A stretch of 64,000 nucleotides of DNA, taken from NCBI GenBank assembly GCA_029838195.1, contig JALGVJ010000017.1, positions 64,001-128,000 on the forward strand, in the 5' to 3' direction. The stretch's first letter is position 1. Each line of letters begins with the position of its first letter. Shown here piece after piece: positions 1 to 10,386 of this stretch. This stretch comes from Promethearchaeota archaeon. GTDB taxonomy: Archaea > Asgardarchaeota > Lokiarchaeia > Sigyniarchaeales > SOKP01. A program made the position numbers and the translations under genes. The notes below the pieces were generated by a model, which was not told where the DNA came from, did no database searches, and saw only the letters and a list, made by a program, of their open reading frames with translations.

Positions 1-32
1 AAAGATCTATCATTAAATTATTAACCGATTTT

Positions 33-947
33 TTATTTCTTCAAGCCTAGCATTTCCCGTGCCTCATCAGGTGTAGCAGGCTCTCGCCCTAACTCCTTGG
101 CTAAGCGTACCATGCGCTTCACTAATTGAGCATTACTTTCCACGGGTTGGCCTTTCGCATAATGTAATGTATCCTCTAAGCCTGTCCGGATATTTCCTCC
201 CATGCACATCGCAATAGTCGTTAATCGCAAGTTATATTTCCCAATCGTGACCACTTGCCATGTAGAACCCTCTGGAATCTGTTCTAACAAGTGCATCAAG
301 TTCGCAACGGTCGCAGGAGCACCTCCTTTAATCCCTAATACTATAGAAAAGTGGAGGGGAGGGTCTAAAGCTCGCATTTCGACCAAATCCATGACATTTT
401 CAATGTGTCCCGTATCATAAACTTCAATTTCTATTCCGCATCCTTTTGCCTTACATTTTTTCACGAATTTCTTGTTAAAATCAATGGGATTTTCAAAAGT
501 ATGATTACCATATCTTGTTCGGAATTCAAAAGTTCCTGCATTTATCGTATACATGTCAGGAACAGGTTCAATGTTCAAAAGATTTAAACGTTCCTTGAGG
601 GTGGGCATGACAACTGCTTGACCATATTTTTTTCCCTTACTACTTGTTTTTACTCCATAGGCAATCCGCGCTCCGATACCATTCCCAATCTGGGTAATAA
701 TGGGACACTTTTCTTGAATTAATCTGACAGCCTTATTATAAACGTTTAGATCTGCGGTATTTTGTCCATCCTCTCCCCTTACGTGGATGTGACAAATTGC
801 AGCTCCCGCATTATAACAAGCTAAAGCATCTTCCGCTTGCTCTTCTGGCGTTATAGGAATATTTGGATTTGCCCATTTTCCTTGAATTCCTCCCGTAATT
901 GCCGCCGTAATAATTACTTTTTCATCCGTCAATAAATTTGGTTTCAT
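33..947 (-). CDS. kce: Beta-keto acid cleavage enzyme family (3-keto-5-aminohexanoate cleavage enzyme-like, DUF849)
   Basis: IITAAITG start, Zn-binding HIHVR, GGNIRTGLEDT and C-terminal GREPATPDEAREMLGL motifs typical of BKACE. Confidence 0.9.
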   Translation of the reverse strand: MKPNLLTDEKVIITAAITGGIQGKWANPNIPITPEEQAEDALACYNAGAAICHIHVRGEDGQNTADLNVYNKAVRLIQEKCPIITQIGNGIGARIAYGVKTSSKGKKYGQAVVMPTLKERLNLLNIEPVPDMYTINAGTFEFRTRYGNHTFENPIDFNKKFVKKCKAKGCGIEIEVYDTGHIENVMDLVEMRALDPPLHFSIVLGIKGGAPATVANLMHLLEQIPEGSTWQVVTIGKYNLRLTTIAMCMGGNIRTGLEDTLHYAKGQPVESNAQLVKRMVRLAKELGREPATPDEAREMLGLKK

Positions 948-1201
948 TCCTTTTCACCTCATGGCTATAAAATTAAATTACTGGCGTTGATCATACTTAG
1001 ATTTTATTTTAAACTTCATTTATAGTTTTTGAATTTTTTTTTATCTACAAATAATTATTCTGCTTTTTGGTGTTTTTATCTCGTATTATAAACATAAGTC
1101 GAATATCTTAAATGGTGGATTAAAATCGAAAGAGATAAATTATTTTTTTAATTTACTTCAGTATTAAAACAGTATTTGAATAGATAGGAAACATTTTTCC
1201 C

Positions 1202-2137
1202 ATGGCAGATGTGAATTATATTTTTCTTCTTTCATTATTCATCATTGCCTTGGGATATTTTCTCAAAAGGATTAACGTTATTCCCGAAGAAAACGGAAAA
1301 GCTATTGCTAAGGTCATATTTAACGTCACGCTCCCCGCCGTGATCTTAAAAGTTACGAGAACCATTGTATTTAGTGCGTCCTTAATCCTTTTACCCTTGA
1401 TAAACATCTTATATGGTATAGCAATGGCTTTAATAGGTCTTTTAGTATTTAAAAACTATCCTAAAAAATTGAAAGGGCTTTTAGTGATGACGATGGTTGG
1501 ATTTAACGTGGCTCATTTTTCTTTTCCCTTGATCGATGGAATTTATGGCCAAGAAGGCATGCAATATATCGCTCTCATTGACGCCGGAAATGCATTCACG
1601 ATTTTTGTGGTTTGTTATATTTTTGGTTCTCTTTTTTCTCATGATTCGGACTCGAATGAGGCTAAAATTGATGTAAAAAAGCTTCTTTTACAATTAGGAA
1701 AATCAGCGCCCTTAATGACTTATATTATTGCGCTTATTTTAAATTTTTCAAACGCACAATTGCCCATATTCATTCTGGACTTAATAGATATTTTATATCG
1801 GGCAAATACGCCTTTATCATTATTGTTGTTAGGAATTTACTTGAATTTTAAATTTAAAAAATCGGAATGGTATAATATTCTTAAAATCCTTTTTCTTAGA
1901 TACATGTTTGGGCTTCTGTTAGGCTTATTTTTATTTTTTACTATACCTTCTACACAATTCCTTCATTTAACGCGCTTAATCCTTACCATCTCTCTCATCC
2001 TTCCCGTAGGGCTGGCGGTCATTCCCTTTTCCGTAGAGTTTGAGTATGATCAGGAATTAACCACGATGATTACGAATTTAACCATAATCATTAGTTATGC
2101 ACTCATTTGGGTTTTAATTCTTCTTTTAGATGGATGA
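1202..2137 (+). CDS. AEC (auxin efflux carrier/malate permease) family transporter
   Basis: About 10 hydrophobic segments; FNVTLPA, NVAHFSFP and NTPLSLLLLG motifs. Confidence 0.85.
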   Translation: MADVNYIFLLSLFIIALGYFLKRINVIPEENGKAIAKVIFNVTLPAVILKVTRTIVFSASLILLPLINILYGIAMALIGLLVFKNYPKKLKGLLVMTMVGFNVAHFSFPLIDGIYGQEGMQYIALIDAGNAFTIFVVCYIFGSLFSHDSDSNEAKIDVKKLLLQLGKSAPLMTYIIALILNFSNAQLPIFILDLIDILYRANTPLSLLLLGIYLNFKFKKSEWYNILKILFLRYMFGLLLGLFLFFTIPSTQFLHLTRLILTISLILPVGLAVIPFSVEFEYDQELTTMITNLTIIISYALIWVLILLLDG

Positions 2138-2359
2138 GTTAGAAAAAGGGTTTTTCAAGATTTTCTTTTGGCGTTCACTTTTTTAGAAAAATAGTAAATA
2201 ATTATTATTATTATTTTAAAAATCACGCAGTTCTCTCAATGGGACATCTCCTCATCAAAAATAGATTTAAATATTCATTAATTAACTGAAATTTGTTAAA
2301 AAAAATGCAGAGAAAAAAAAAAAGAAGTTTAAATTTATTGCGAGTAATTTTTTTAGTTT

Positions 2360-3091
2360 TTATAATTCAGAACCACATGTACTGCAAAATTTTTGACTTG
2401 CTGTAATGGGACTGCCACAATGGGGGCAAAATTTAGCTGTTGGTTCTGGTGCTGGTGGTTGTGGGGTTGTAGGGGCTGTTGGAGCAACAGTGGGTTGGGG
2501 TGCTGATATATATTGCTGCGTTCCCATTTGCTGTAGATTTTTTAATGAGGATAATTTAAAATAGCCTACTAGTTCCAAAATAGCTCCGATGAAACTTAAA
2601 ATTACTGTTAAATAGAGAATGGCTGCATATTTCATATATTTCGAGCCATCAATGGCATCTTTTCCTATATTTGGGGGAAACATGGAAGTATTTTGAAGGA
2701 AAAAATCATTGCATCGCGACCATGCTTGAATTCGGAAGATAGCAGCTATGATTTGTATGATAATTCCTAAAATAATTAACACGATTAGACTGATGTTAAA
2801 AAGAATCACGCCAATGATATTTAATAAAAACGCATAAAGGATTTTGGAACGAAATTCAAGAAGGAGTCTATTATTCAATGCATATCCTATTTCTTTAATG
2901 TCTCCGAGAGCTAATAAGAAAATGATGAGGATGAGAATTTGAAGGACCAAGTTGATAATACTCATCGCAAAAATGAAAATCGCTAGTAATCCAAATATGA
3001 ACGATAAAATGGAGAGAACAGCTAAATACAACATTTTAGTTCCGAATAACGAAAAGCGGAGTGAAACATTCGTTTGAGCCAATCTGATCAC
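2360..3091 (-). CDS. Membrane protein (DUF973/DUF996-like) with Pro/Thr linker and C-terminal zinc ribbon
   Basis: Multiple TM helices, then APQPTVAPTAPTTPQPPAPEP, then FCPHCG-x7-FCSTCG; GTG start. Confidence 0.75.
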   Translation of the reverse strand: MIRLAQTNVSLRFSLFGTKMLYLAVLSILSFIFGLLAIFIFAMSIINLVLQILILIIFLLALGDIKEIGYALNNRLLLEFRSKILYAFLLNIIGVILFNISLIVLIILGIIIQIIAAIFRIQAWSRCNDFFLQNTSMFPPNIGKDAIDGSKYMKYAAILYLTVILSFIGAILELVGYFKLSSLKNLQQMGTQQYISAPQPTVAPTAPTTPQPPAPEPTAKFCPHCGSPITASQKFCSTCGSEL

Positions 3092-3312
3092 TTATTTAAT
3101 AGAATTAATTAATACTATAATGCCAAATTTATTTTAAATATTTTTGTAAATTTTAGATTTAAATAAAAAAAATGTAAATAATTTCTAATGGATTGAATTC
3201 TTAAAAGGAGATTATAGTATTGGTAAACAAAAGAGAAAAATAATTATCGTGAACAATTAAGGATGAAATTTGGTTAAAAAATGGGGTGATAATTTATTTT
3301 AGGGAACTTAAT

Positions 3313-4272
3313 TTAAGCGATTTCTTCAAAATCTTGGGATTGTTCCCTCATAATCAAGATTATTGAAAAAATAACGATTAGAGTTCCTATTAACGTAAAG
3401 ATGGTTAGCTCTTCTCCCAGGTAAAAGAAGGCTAAAAATGCAGAAATAATAGGAGTAGGAGAAAATAACATGGTTGCTCGAGAAAAACGCATGTAAGATA
3501 AGGTTTTATACCAACAATAAAGCCCGCACCCATGAACCACTCCAATAGAAATAAAGAAAAATAGATTGTACAATTCGAATAATAAGAAGATATTCTGAGC
3601 GGGAAAAAATAAAAAATAGGTGGGAAAAAGCACGAAAAATGCCAGTAAACTTCTAATAAATACAATATAAAGAGGTGAAACTTCTTGATTTTCTATTATT
3701 GGTTTGGTTTGAACATGCGCTAATGTCCATAAAGCACTAATTCCTAGAAGAATTAAAATACCCATGTTCAGCTCAAAATTTTCAACATTTCCTCCAGTTA
3801 TTACGATGATCAACCCAAGTAAGAGAAGTAGAGAAAAAATTACTTGATTACGGTTAATTTTTTCTTTTAAAATAATAAATCCAAAAAAAAGGGCTATTAA
3901 AATTCGAGCTTTAGAGACAACGGCTCCAATAGTGGCACCTACCAAATCAAATCCAAAATAAAAAAAAATGCGGCCAAAACCAAACACCGCTCCCAAATAC
4001 AGAAAAAATATAAAATTCTTTCTTATGAGACCTTGATTAAATTTTTTTTCTTTAATCTTATTTGATTTAATAAGATTATTTTTCTTGGTTCTATTTTTTT
4101 CCATGAGAATGAAAGGTAAAAAAAATAACGTGGAAAAAAGGGTTGCCATAGTCGCAAAAATGTAGGAATCGAGAATGGTAGGTCGGGCTAAGAGTATTAT
4201 CGGTTGTAGGCCTACTAAAAATAAACCTAGCATTCCATATAAAAAACCACGCTTTAAGTTTTCTTCTAACAA
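3313..4272 (-). CDS. DMT/EamA family transporter
   Basis: Two EamA-like repeats ending FGFIILKEKI and LAFFYLGEELT; about 10 TMs. Confidence 0.88.
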   Translation of the reverse strand: MLEENLKRGFLYGMLGLFLVGLQPIILLARPTILDSYIFATMATLFSTLFFLPFILMEKNRTKKNNLIKSNKIKEKKFNQGLIRKNFIFFLYLGAVFGFGRIFFYFGFDLVGATIGAVVSKARILIALFFGFIILKEKINRNQVIFSLLLLLGLIIVITGGNVENFELNMGILILLGISALWTLAHVQTKPIIENQEVSPLYIVFIRSLLAFFVLFPTYFLFFPAQNIFLLFELYNLFFFISIGVVHGCGLYCWYKTLSYMRFSRATMLFSPTPIISAFLAFFYLGEELTIFTLIGTLIVIFSIILIMREQSQDFEEIA

Positions 4273-4321
4273 TTTTATTATATTATTAATTTAATGGAAG
4301 AATTGTTTTAAATGAATGATT

Positions 4322-4681
4322 TTACTCTTTCTTAATTATCTTTTCCCATAAACCGGGTAAGAGTTTCATGAACTGGTAATCTTTAGCGTTTTTAATTATT
4401 ATTTGAGAAACTTTTTCTAAAATTTCCACATAATCATCAGGATCTTCCAAAATAGTTAGAACAAGAATTATATATAGTTTCTCTTTAGGTCCAGAATAAT
4501 ATGAGATGATATTTACATTATCGTCCGTGAAAGCCGTTATGCCCTCTTTGGAGGCATATTCATGGATATCGTAAATGCGCAACATGACTCTCTGATCAAG
4601 GAGAACTTTCTCAGGATATTTTATTACTAATTCCGCTCCTGATCTAACATTCCACTCCATGATTACTAATCCATGAGGCAT
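4322..4681 (-). CDS. Small longin/uDENN-like domain protein (Asgard-type)
   Basis: MPHGLVIMEWNVRSGAELVIKYP N-terminus and beta-beta-alpha-beta-beta-beta-alpha pattern resemble Asgard longin/uDENN-like proteins. Confidence 0.6.
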   Translation of the reverse strand: MPHGLVIMEWNVRSGAELVIKYPEKVLLDQRVMLRIYDIHEYASKEGITAFTDDNVNIISYYSGPKEKLYIILVLTILEDPDDYVEILEKVSQIIIKNAKDYQFMKLLPGLWEKIIKKE

Positions 4682-4784
4682 GATATCTTAATAAAATGTT
4701 TTTATCTTATTGTTATTCGAATGAAATTTAAGGAATAAAAATTCATTTGATTAAATTAATTTACTAAATGTAAATCATCAGAAA

Positions 4785-5627
4785 TCATTTGAAATTTTTA
4801 TTTAACCAGTTAATTAATTGATTCCAACTATTTTCTGGAAATTCAGCGTGTTTCGCACCTTTAATTATCATGAATTCTTTATTTTTAACGGGTATCTCTT
4901 CATAAAATTCCCTTGCCGCGTCAATTTCAAAAATCTCATCTTGATCCCCTAATCCCACTAATACTGGGATATCCACATTCTCCGGAAATGTTACTTCTTT
5001 TGCATTAAGAATGCGCATGAAACGCAAGGTATAGTTAAAATTTCTTAATGGATCGTCTAAACCGGTGATTCCATCACGATAATACGTGATTACAGGTTTG
5101 CTTGGAAAAATCAAGGAACTAAAAAGAATTTTCAATGTTTTTAAAAGACCGGGTTTTTTATAGACCCCTTCCCTTACTTTCCTTGCCCCACTTAGCAAGA
5201 TTAATCCATCAATTTTTTCCATGCAATTATTTAATGCGATAGCCGCTGAAATTACACCCAGACTATGGCCTAAAATTGTTAATTTTTCTTTTTGTTCTTT
5301 TATAAAGGAGATGACTTCGCATAAATCTTTTATTAATCGCTCTTTACTCGGATAATCTCCCCGAATGCCATCTGATAGCCCATGGCCCCTTAAATCCAAA
5401 CCAAAAACAGAATATCCCGCTTTAGTTAAGGGCTTTGAGAGTACCTCTCCATATAACTCGCTATATGCGGTTATTCCATGAAAGATGAGAATTCCGATTT
5501 TTGACTCACTTGTGGGCTTCCATTCTCTAATGAATAAAGTAATTTCGTCCGAAGTCGTAAAAAGATGATGAGGTTCTTTAAATTTTTCTCTTAATTCTTG
5601 AATGTTCATTTTTACAATTGGATACAT
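4785..5627 (-). CDS. Alpha/beta hydrolase, monoacylglycerol lipase/lysophospholipase family
   Basis: IFHG, DLRGHGLS, nucleophile GHSLG, GDQD and GAKH triad motifs. Confidence 0.9.
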   Translation of the reverse strand: MYPIVKMNIQELREKFKEPHHLFTTSDEITLFIREWKPTSESKIGILIFHGITAYSELYGEVLSKPLTKAGYSVFGLDLRGHGLSDGIRGDYPSKERLIKDLCEVISFIKEQKEKLTILGHSLGVISAAIALNNCMEKIDGLILLSGARKVREGVYKKPGLLKTLKILFSSLIFPSKPVITYYRDGITGLDDPLRNFNYTLRFMRILNAKEVTFPENVDIPVLVGLGDQDEIFEIDAAREFYEEIPVKNKEFMIIKGAKHAEFPENSWNQLINWLNKNFK

Positions 5628-5791
5628 GGTTTTTCTTTCTATTAATAATTAACTTAAGCATCAAAATTTTTAAAATCTTTCTTTCTGGGAAATAGGTGAG
5701 TGTTTTTTTAACGTGTTTAACAACTAAAAATAATACACATGAGAATTTTATAGTATTAAATTAAGGAGAGATGTAAAAAAATAAAAAATTT

Positions 5792-7528
5792 TCAAGAAAA
5801 GATATCTTCGCCCTTCCAAATTTTTCTTAAAAAATGGGCGGCTAATTTAGGCTGCCGTTCTCTCGTGAAGACCCCTTTATAATTGAAACCTCCAACCCTT
5901 ATAATTCCTTGCGGTGTTTTAAAATCTGTTAAGTTCCATACGTGTTCTCCTTGAATATAGGGCTTTTCTCTTATCAATTTGATATATTTTTTAAGAAATT
6001 CTACCTGATATTCTTCAGTAAACATTTCAGGAGGCTGGGAATGATACCCGGGAATGGTATCTGCACCAAATTCAGATAAAATTATAGGTTTTTTATATTT
6101 TTCGTAAATTTCATCCAACTCAGAAGAGAGATACTTTATTCCCTCATCAATCTGACCTGGTTGCGTGTACCATCCATTGTATCGATTCACGCACGCAACT
6201 TCACAGAATTCAAATGTTTGCTCCCCTTTTCCGATCATGCTCACTAGCGTAACGGGACGAGTAGGATCTAATTGTTTTACTTTATCATGAAGTGTCTTAA
6301 AAAATTCTTTAGCTTTCGTGCTCCTATTTGGCTCATTTGCCAAGCTCCACATTATTACACTGGGATGATTCCTGTCTCTTTTAACTAATTCTTCCACGTA
6401 TTGTAAACATATAGAGAGGTGCTTGTCAATTACATTTTTTTCAAATGTCAATCCCACGGCGGGGGTTTCATCGATCACCAAAAACCCCAATTTGTCTGCT
6501 AAATCCATCATTTGTTCTGAATAGGGATAATGAGATGTTCTAAATGAATTGGCACCGATCCATTTCATTAAAGAATAATCTTTGATGATTAAAGGAGCAA
6601 GAAAGCTACGTCCCACCACGGGAAAATCTTCGTGCCTTCCAAAGCCTTTCAAGTAAATTGGCTTCCCATTCAGCAATAAATTATCTCCTTTAACCTCAAA
6701 CGTTCTAATTCCCACGTTTAATGAGTACGAATCCCATATTTTTTCTTGTTTCAGTAGCTCAACACGTAAAAAATAAAGATGGGGTGTTTCGGGAGACCAA
6801 AATTTAGCATTAGGAATTTTCAGAATAGCTTTAGTTTGAGTTCCTTCCATGGAGACTTTTTCCGTGATTTCCTTTCCAAAACCGGTTATTATAAACCGAG
6901 CTTCATTGAATCCTTCTTCAAGAGTTTCCATCGAAACCGTTGCGACACCCGTGCCATTTTCAATTGAGGGAATGACAAAAATATCTTTAATTCCTCCTTC
7001 GGGCATACAATATAATAAAACGGGTCTTTGAATGCCACAGAAGGGAAAAAAATCGTAATTTGTTCCGGGATAGTTTTGCCTCACCCCTCCGGGAGGAACT
7101 TGAGTTCGAGAAAGAGTGTTATCTACCCTCAAGACCAGGAGATTTTCTGCTTTCTTTATCTTTGCCGTTATCTCGAATTCAAAGGGTAAATGCCCACCTT
7201 CATGTGCCCCTATTTTTTCACCATTCAGCCAAACATCCGCTAGATAATTAACGGATCCAAAACGTAAGAACACGTGATTTCCATTCAACCAGCCCCTTGG
7301 CATGTCAAATTTGGTTTGATACCATGCGGGTCCCATGAAGTCTCGGTAATTCGAAAATTGATCATTCCAGCTTCCGGGCACGGCTATGGGTTCAGTATTT
7401 TCTATTCCTTTGTTCCAATTCTCATTTAATCCTATATTATTAGGATCTGGTTTAAAATCCCAAAAGCCAGATAAATCTATAAATTGACGATATTGATTTC
7501 TTTGCGGATATAACATGGCTTTTTCCAT
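5792..7528 (-). CDS. uidA: Beta-glucuronidase (GH2)
   Basis: NSFRTSHYPY, acid/base WSLANEP, nucleophile SEFGAD and the GUS-specific N-x-KG motif (NYKG). Confidence 0.93.
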   Translation of the reverse strand: MEKAMLYPQRNQYRQFIDLSGFWDFKPDPNNIGLNENWNKGIENTEPIAVPGSWNDQFSNYRDFMGPAWYQTKFDMPRGWLNGNHVFLRFGSVNYLADVWLNGEKIGAHEGGHLPFEFEITAKIKKAENLLVLRVDNTLSRTQVPPGGVRQNYPGTNYDFFPFCGIQRPVLLYCMPEGGIKDIFVIPSIENGTGVATVSMETLEEGFNEARFIITGFGKEITEKVSMEGTQTKAILKIPNAKFWSPETPHLYFLRVELLKQEKIWDSYSLNVGIRTFEVKGDNLLLNGKPIYLKGFGRHEDFPVVGRSFLAPLIIKDYSLMKWIGANSFRTSHYPYSEQMMDLADKLGFLVIDETPAVGLTFEKNVIDKHLSICLQYVEELVKRDRNHPSVIMWSLANEPNRSTKAKEFFKTLHDKVKQLDPTRPVTLVSMIGKGEQTFEFCEVACVNRYNGWYTQPGQIDEGIKYLSSELDEIYEKYKKPIILSEFGADTIPGYHSQPPEMFTEEYQVEFLKKYIKLIREKPYIQGEHVWNLTDFKTPQGIIRVGGFNYKGVFTRERQPKLAAHFLRKIWKGEDIFS

Positions 7529-7814
7529 CTTATTGTTTATTCAATAGAGTCAATAATATATTTTTTGAACTAAATTAATTTTTTATTGCTTGAATTGAAT
7601 AATAACGCTAATTATTAAAAATTTAATTTTTGTAAACCCTTAATCGTAAACTTTAGAAATTGGCATTACGAGAAAATTTCACTCTTGGTTCTTAGACCCT
7701 AAAAAGGATGAAAAATTTTCTTTTTGAATTTTATTCCTTCCTTAAAGTACTTATTTTTTAATAACTTGAACAATTATAATTCTAAAGATTAATAGATTAA
7801 AATGGAAAAATTCA

Positions 7815-9281
7815 ATGCTATTTCATCAGAAAACGAATGATAATAAAAAGGATCCCTATGAAGAATACCAAGTCCTCTGTGGAATAGAAGAAGAATTTCT
7901 CATCATCGATGAAGATGGTATTTTAAAAGAAGCAGCGGATGAGATCATGATGAAGGCAGCGGAACTCTTGGAACAAAATCAAGACCTCTTAAATGCCCTT
8001 AGACTCAAAATCAGGAGTTTAGATGCGGAACCGAATCCCTCCCAGATTGAATATGTTACACTTCCGTTGGAACCCCGATTCATTAAAGAGGCGGTACAAG
8101 CAGGACGGCAATTATTAATTCGGGCAGCGAAAGAAATTGATGCTAAAATTGTAGCTCAAAGTCTACATCCAATTCAGAGCGATCCCCATCCTATTGTTGG
8201 CACGCATGTCAATGTTTCCGTTCAAAAAAAGGGACACATCATGAAAGCAGAAGAATTGGAAGCCGTCCATAATTATTTATGGAATTATTTACCGGAACTT
8301 ATCGGAATTAGTGCGAATTCTCCCATTTATAAAGGAAACCTCACGAACATAGCAAGTAATAGGTGTGCGAATAGCACCGTTCTAAAAAAAAATGGTTTTG
8401 CTACCATACAAGTGCCTAAAAATCGACCTGCCTTAGTTCCCATGAGGTATTATGGACGAATGAGATATCAATTAAAGATTGGTTCGGGAGAAGATGAGTT
8501 TTCTAAGAAGGTCATTACGAATAGTAGAGGAGATAGACTGGTAGATATAACTCCACGAGGGCCATTCACGAACATTAGCAACGATAAAGATGAAACACCT
8601 TCCAGAAATCGGGTAGAAGTTAGAATCATTGACGTACAACAAGACATTCAAGACCTATTAGATATTGCATATCTTTGCTGCATTTCGGGATTACATGCTA
8701 TTTATTTAAGTTCCACTGGTATTATCAAGAGAGATCCCTTCCATGACGTGAATCTAAATAATGCGATTGCTCATGGTCATCACTTAAAACTAAAACGCCC
8801 CAAAGGAATAGAAGAAACACTAGAAGATAGTTTAATTCGGTGGTTGGAAGATACCTTTAAATACCAATCCTATTTAGGCATTGAAATAAAAAATTTGCCT
8901 TCGATTAAACTTCAAAAAGAATATCTACAGAAAGATTTAAGTGTGAAATTCCAAACAAGAAAAATCGAAAAATTTCGACAACAAGGGAGAACTCAGGCTC
9001 TTATAGAATTAGTAGAACCCAGAACAGTTCAGGATCAGAGAGGGAATCAATACAGGGTGCAAAGAAATACCCGAATTGAAGGAACTTTAACAGCACGATA
9101 TCAATTAAAATATCAAGAAAACCAAGAAGGTTTGGTGACTAATTTTACTAACATATCGGTAGTTAATTATTTAAACGTCCAAGGCATTTACATTCCTTTA
9201 AAAAAGAATGATCGCGTCATTAAAGTATATACGGAAACAGAATCCCTTTTAGATAGATTATTTGGCAATTTTGGATTCTAA
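7815..9281 (+). CDS. Glutamate--cysteine ligase family 2 (GCS2)-like carboxylate-amine ligase with C-terminal extension
   Basis: GIEEEF, SQIEY, GTHVNVS, SANSP and RVEVRIID motifs of the GS/GCS2 fold. Confidence 0.82.
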   Translation: MLFHQKTNDNKKDPYEEYQVLCGIEEEFLIIDEDGILKEAADEIMMKAAELLEQNQDLLNALRLKIRSLDAEPNPSQIEYVTLPLEPRFIKEAVQAGRQLLIRAAKEIDAKIVAQSLHPIQSDPHPIVGTHVNVSVQKKGHIMKAEELEAVHNYLWNYLPELIGISANSPIYKGNLTNIASNRCANSTVLKKNGFATIQVPKNRPALVPMRYYGRMRYQLKIGSGEDEFSKKVITNSRGDRLVDITPRGPFTNISNDKDETPSRNRVEVRIIDVQQDIQDLLDIAYLCCISGLHAIYLSSTGIIKRDPFHDVNLNNAIAHGHHLKLKRPKGIEETLEDSLIRWLEDTFKYQSYLGIEIKNLPSIKLQKEYLQKDLSVKFQTRKIEKFRQQGRTQALIELVEPRTVQDQRGNQYRVQRNTRIEGTLTARYQLKYQENQEGLVTNFTNISVVNYLNVQGIYIPLKKNDRVIKVYTETESLLDRLFGNFGF

Positions 9282-9357
9282 CTCCTTCATTCACCATTTA
9301 ATTTACGGCATAAAACATGGTATGATTTTTTTATAAATAACAGAAAAGAATAGCAGC

Positions 9358-10284
9358 ATGAAAGAAGAGAGAAAAAATAATAATAGAGAGCGAAGATCAA
9401 GAGATAATGGAGAAAATGATGCTAACAATCTCATTAATGAGACTGAAAACCATATAAATGAAGACGAGGCGAAAGAGAAAAATAGCAACCAGACCCACCT
9501 CACTCAAGAAAAAGAAGCACCAAAAGATGAAACCCAAGAAATAGAGAAAGAAAAAGTAAAAGAATCTCACATTAAAAAATACAAAATCGGTATCATAGAC
9601 AATTATCCCTTGGGCTTTTCTACCGATAGAATCGCTCGGTTTGAAACAATTCTTCAAAACATGATTGCAGATATTTCCGTGGAAACTATTCATTATAGTC
9701 AATTGAATCCGGACCAATTACAAGATTTTACGGGGCTCATTCTTTCAGGCTCTTCGTATAACGTGTCAGAGTTTTATTTTAATCCCAGATTAAAAAAAAG
9801 ATTTAAGCCGGAAATAGATCTCATTTTAAATCAAGAAGAAATTCCCATACTTGGTGTCTGTTTTGGACATCAACTCATTGCTTATGCCTACGGCATTCAA
9901 ATCTGCAGGATGGGAAGAGGCAGGGGCGATTGCATTATTTTTATAAGATTAAATCGAGTAGACGAGATCATCAACAAGAAAAATATCGCCGTAAACGTGA
10001 ATCATCGTGATTTTATTTCACCCAATAATTGCAATCTTTTAAAAAATTTTAAGATACTCGCAACCTCTCGCACTTGGGAATACCATATTGTCCAATACAT
10101 GAAACACCGAAAAAAGCCTTTGTATTCTGTTCAGTTCCATCCCGAAACTCATCACGCATACTTTTTTCACCCTAATCTCTTTGATGAAAAAATTGTATCA
10201 AAAACCAGAATGCAAGGAGAAAATATCATTGAAAATTTTGTATGGAGCTGTATTTATCGCAAAAATTCAAAAATTCAAAATTAA
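9358..10284 (+). CDS. Class I glutamine amidotransferase / gamma-glutamyl hydrolase-like protein with charged low-complexity N-terminus
   Basis: LILSGS, PILGVCFGHQ (catalytic Cys) and VQFHPE (His-Glu); about 70 aa E/K/N-rich N-terminal tail. Confidence 0.85.
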   Translation: MKEERKNNNRERRSRDNGENDANNLINETENHINEDEAKEKNSNQTHLTQEKEAPKDETQEIEKEKVKESHIKKYKIGIIDNYPLGFSTDRIARFETILQNMIADISVETIHYSQLNPDQLQDFTGLILSGSSYNVSEFYFNPRLKKRFKPEIDLILNQEEIPILGVCFGHQLIAYAYGIQICRMGRGRGDCIIFIRLNRVDEIINKKNIAVNVNHRDFISPNNCNLLKNFKILATSRTWEYHIVQYMKHRKKPLYSVQFHPETHHAYFFHPNLFDEKIVSKTRMQGENIIENFVWSCIYRKNSKIQN

Positions 10285-10386
10285 CTCCTTTTACTTTCGT
10301 TCTTCTTTCATTAAAAGCTATTGGGCCAGTAATCTCTTTTCTTTTAAACCAATTTATTCAGAAAGAAAAAAAAAATTAAATTTAGT

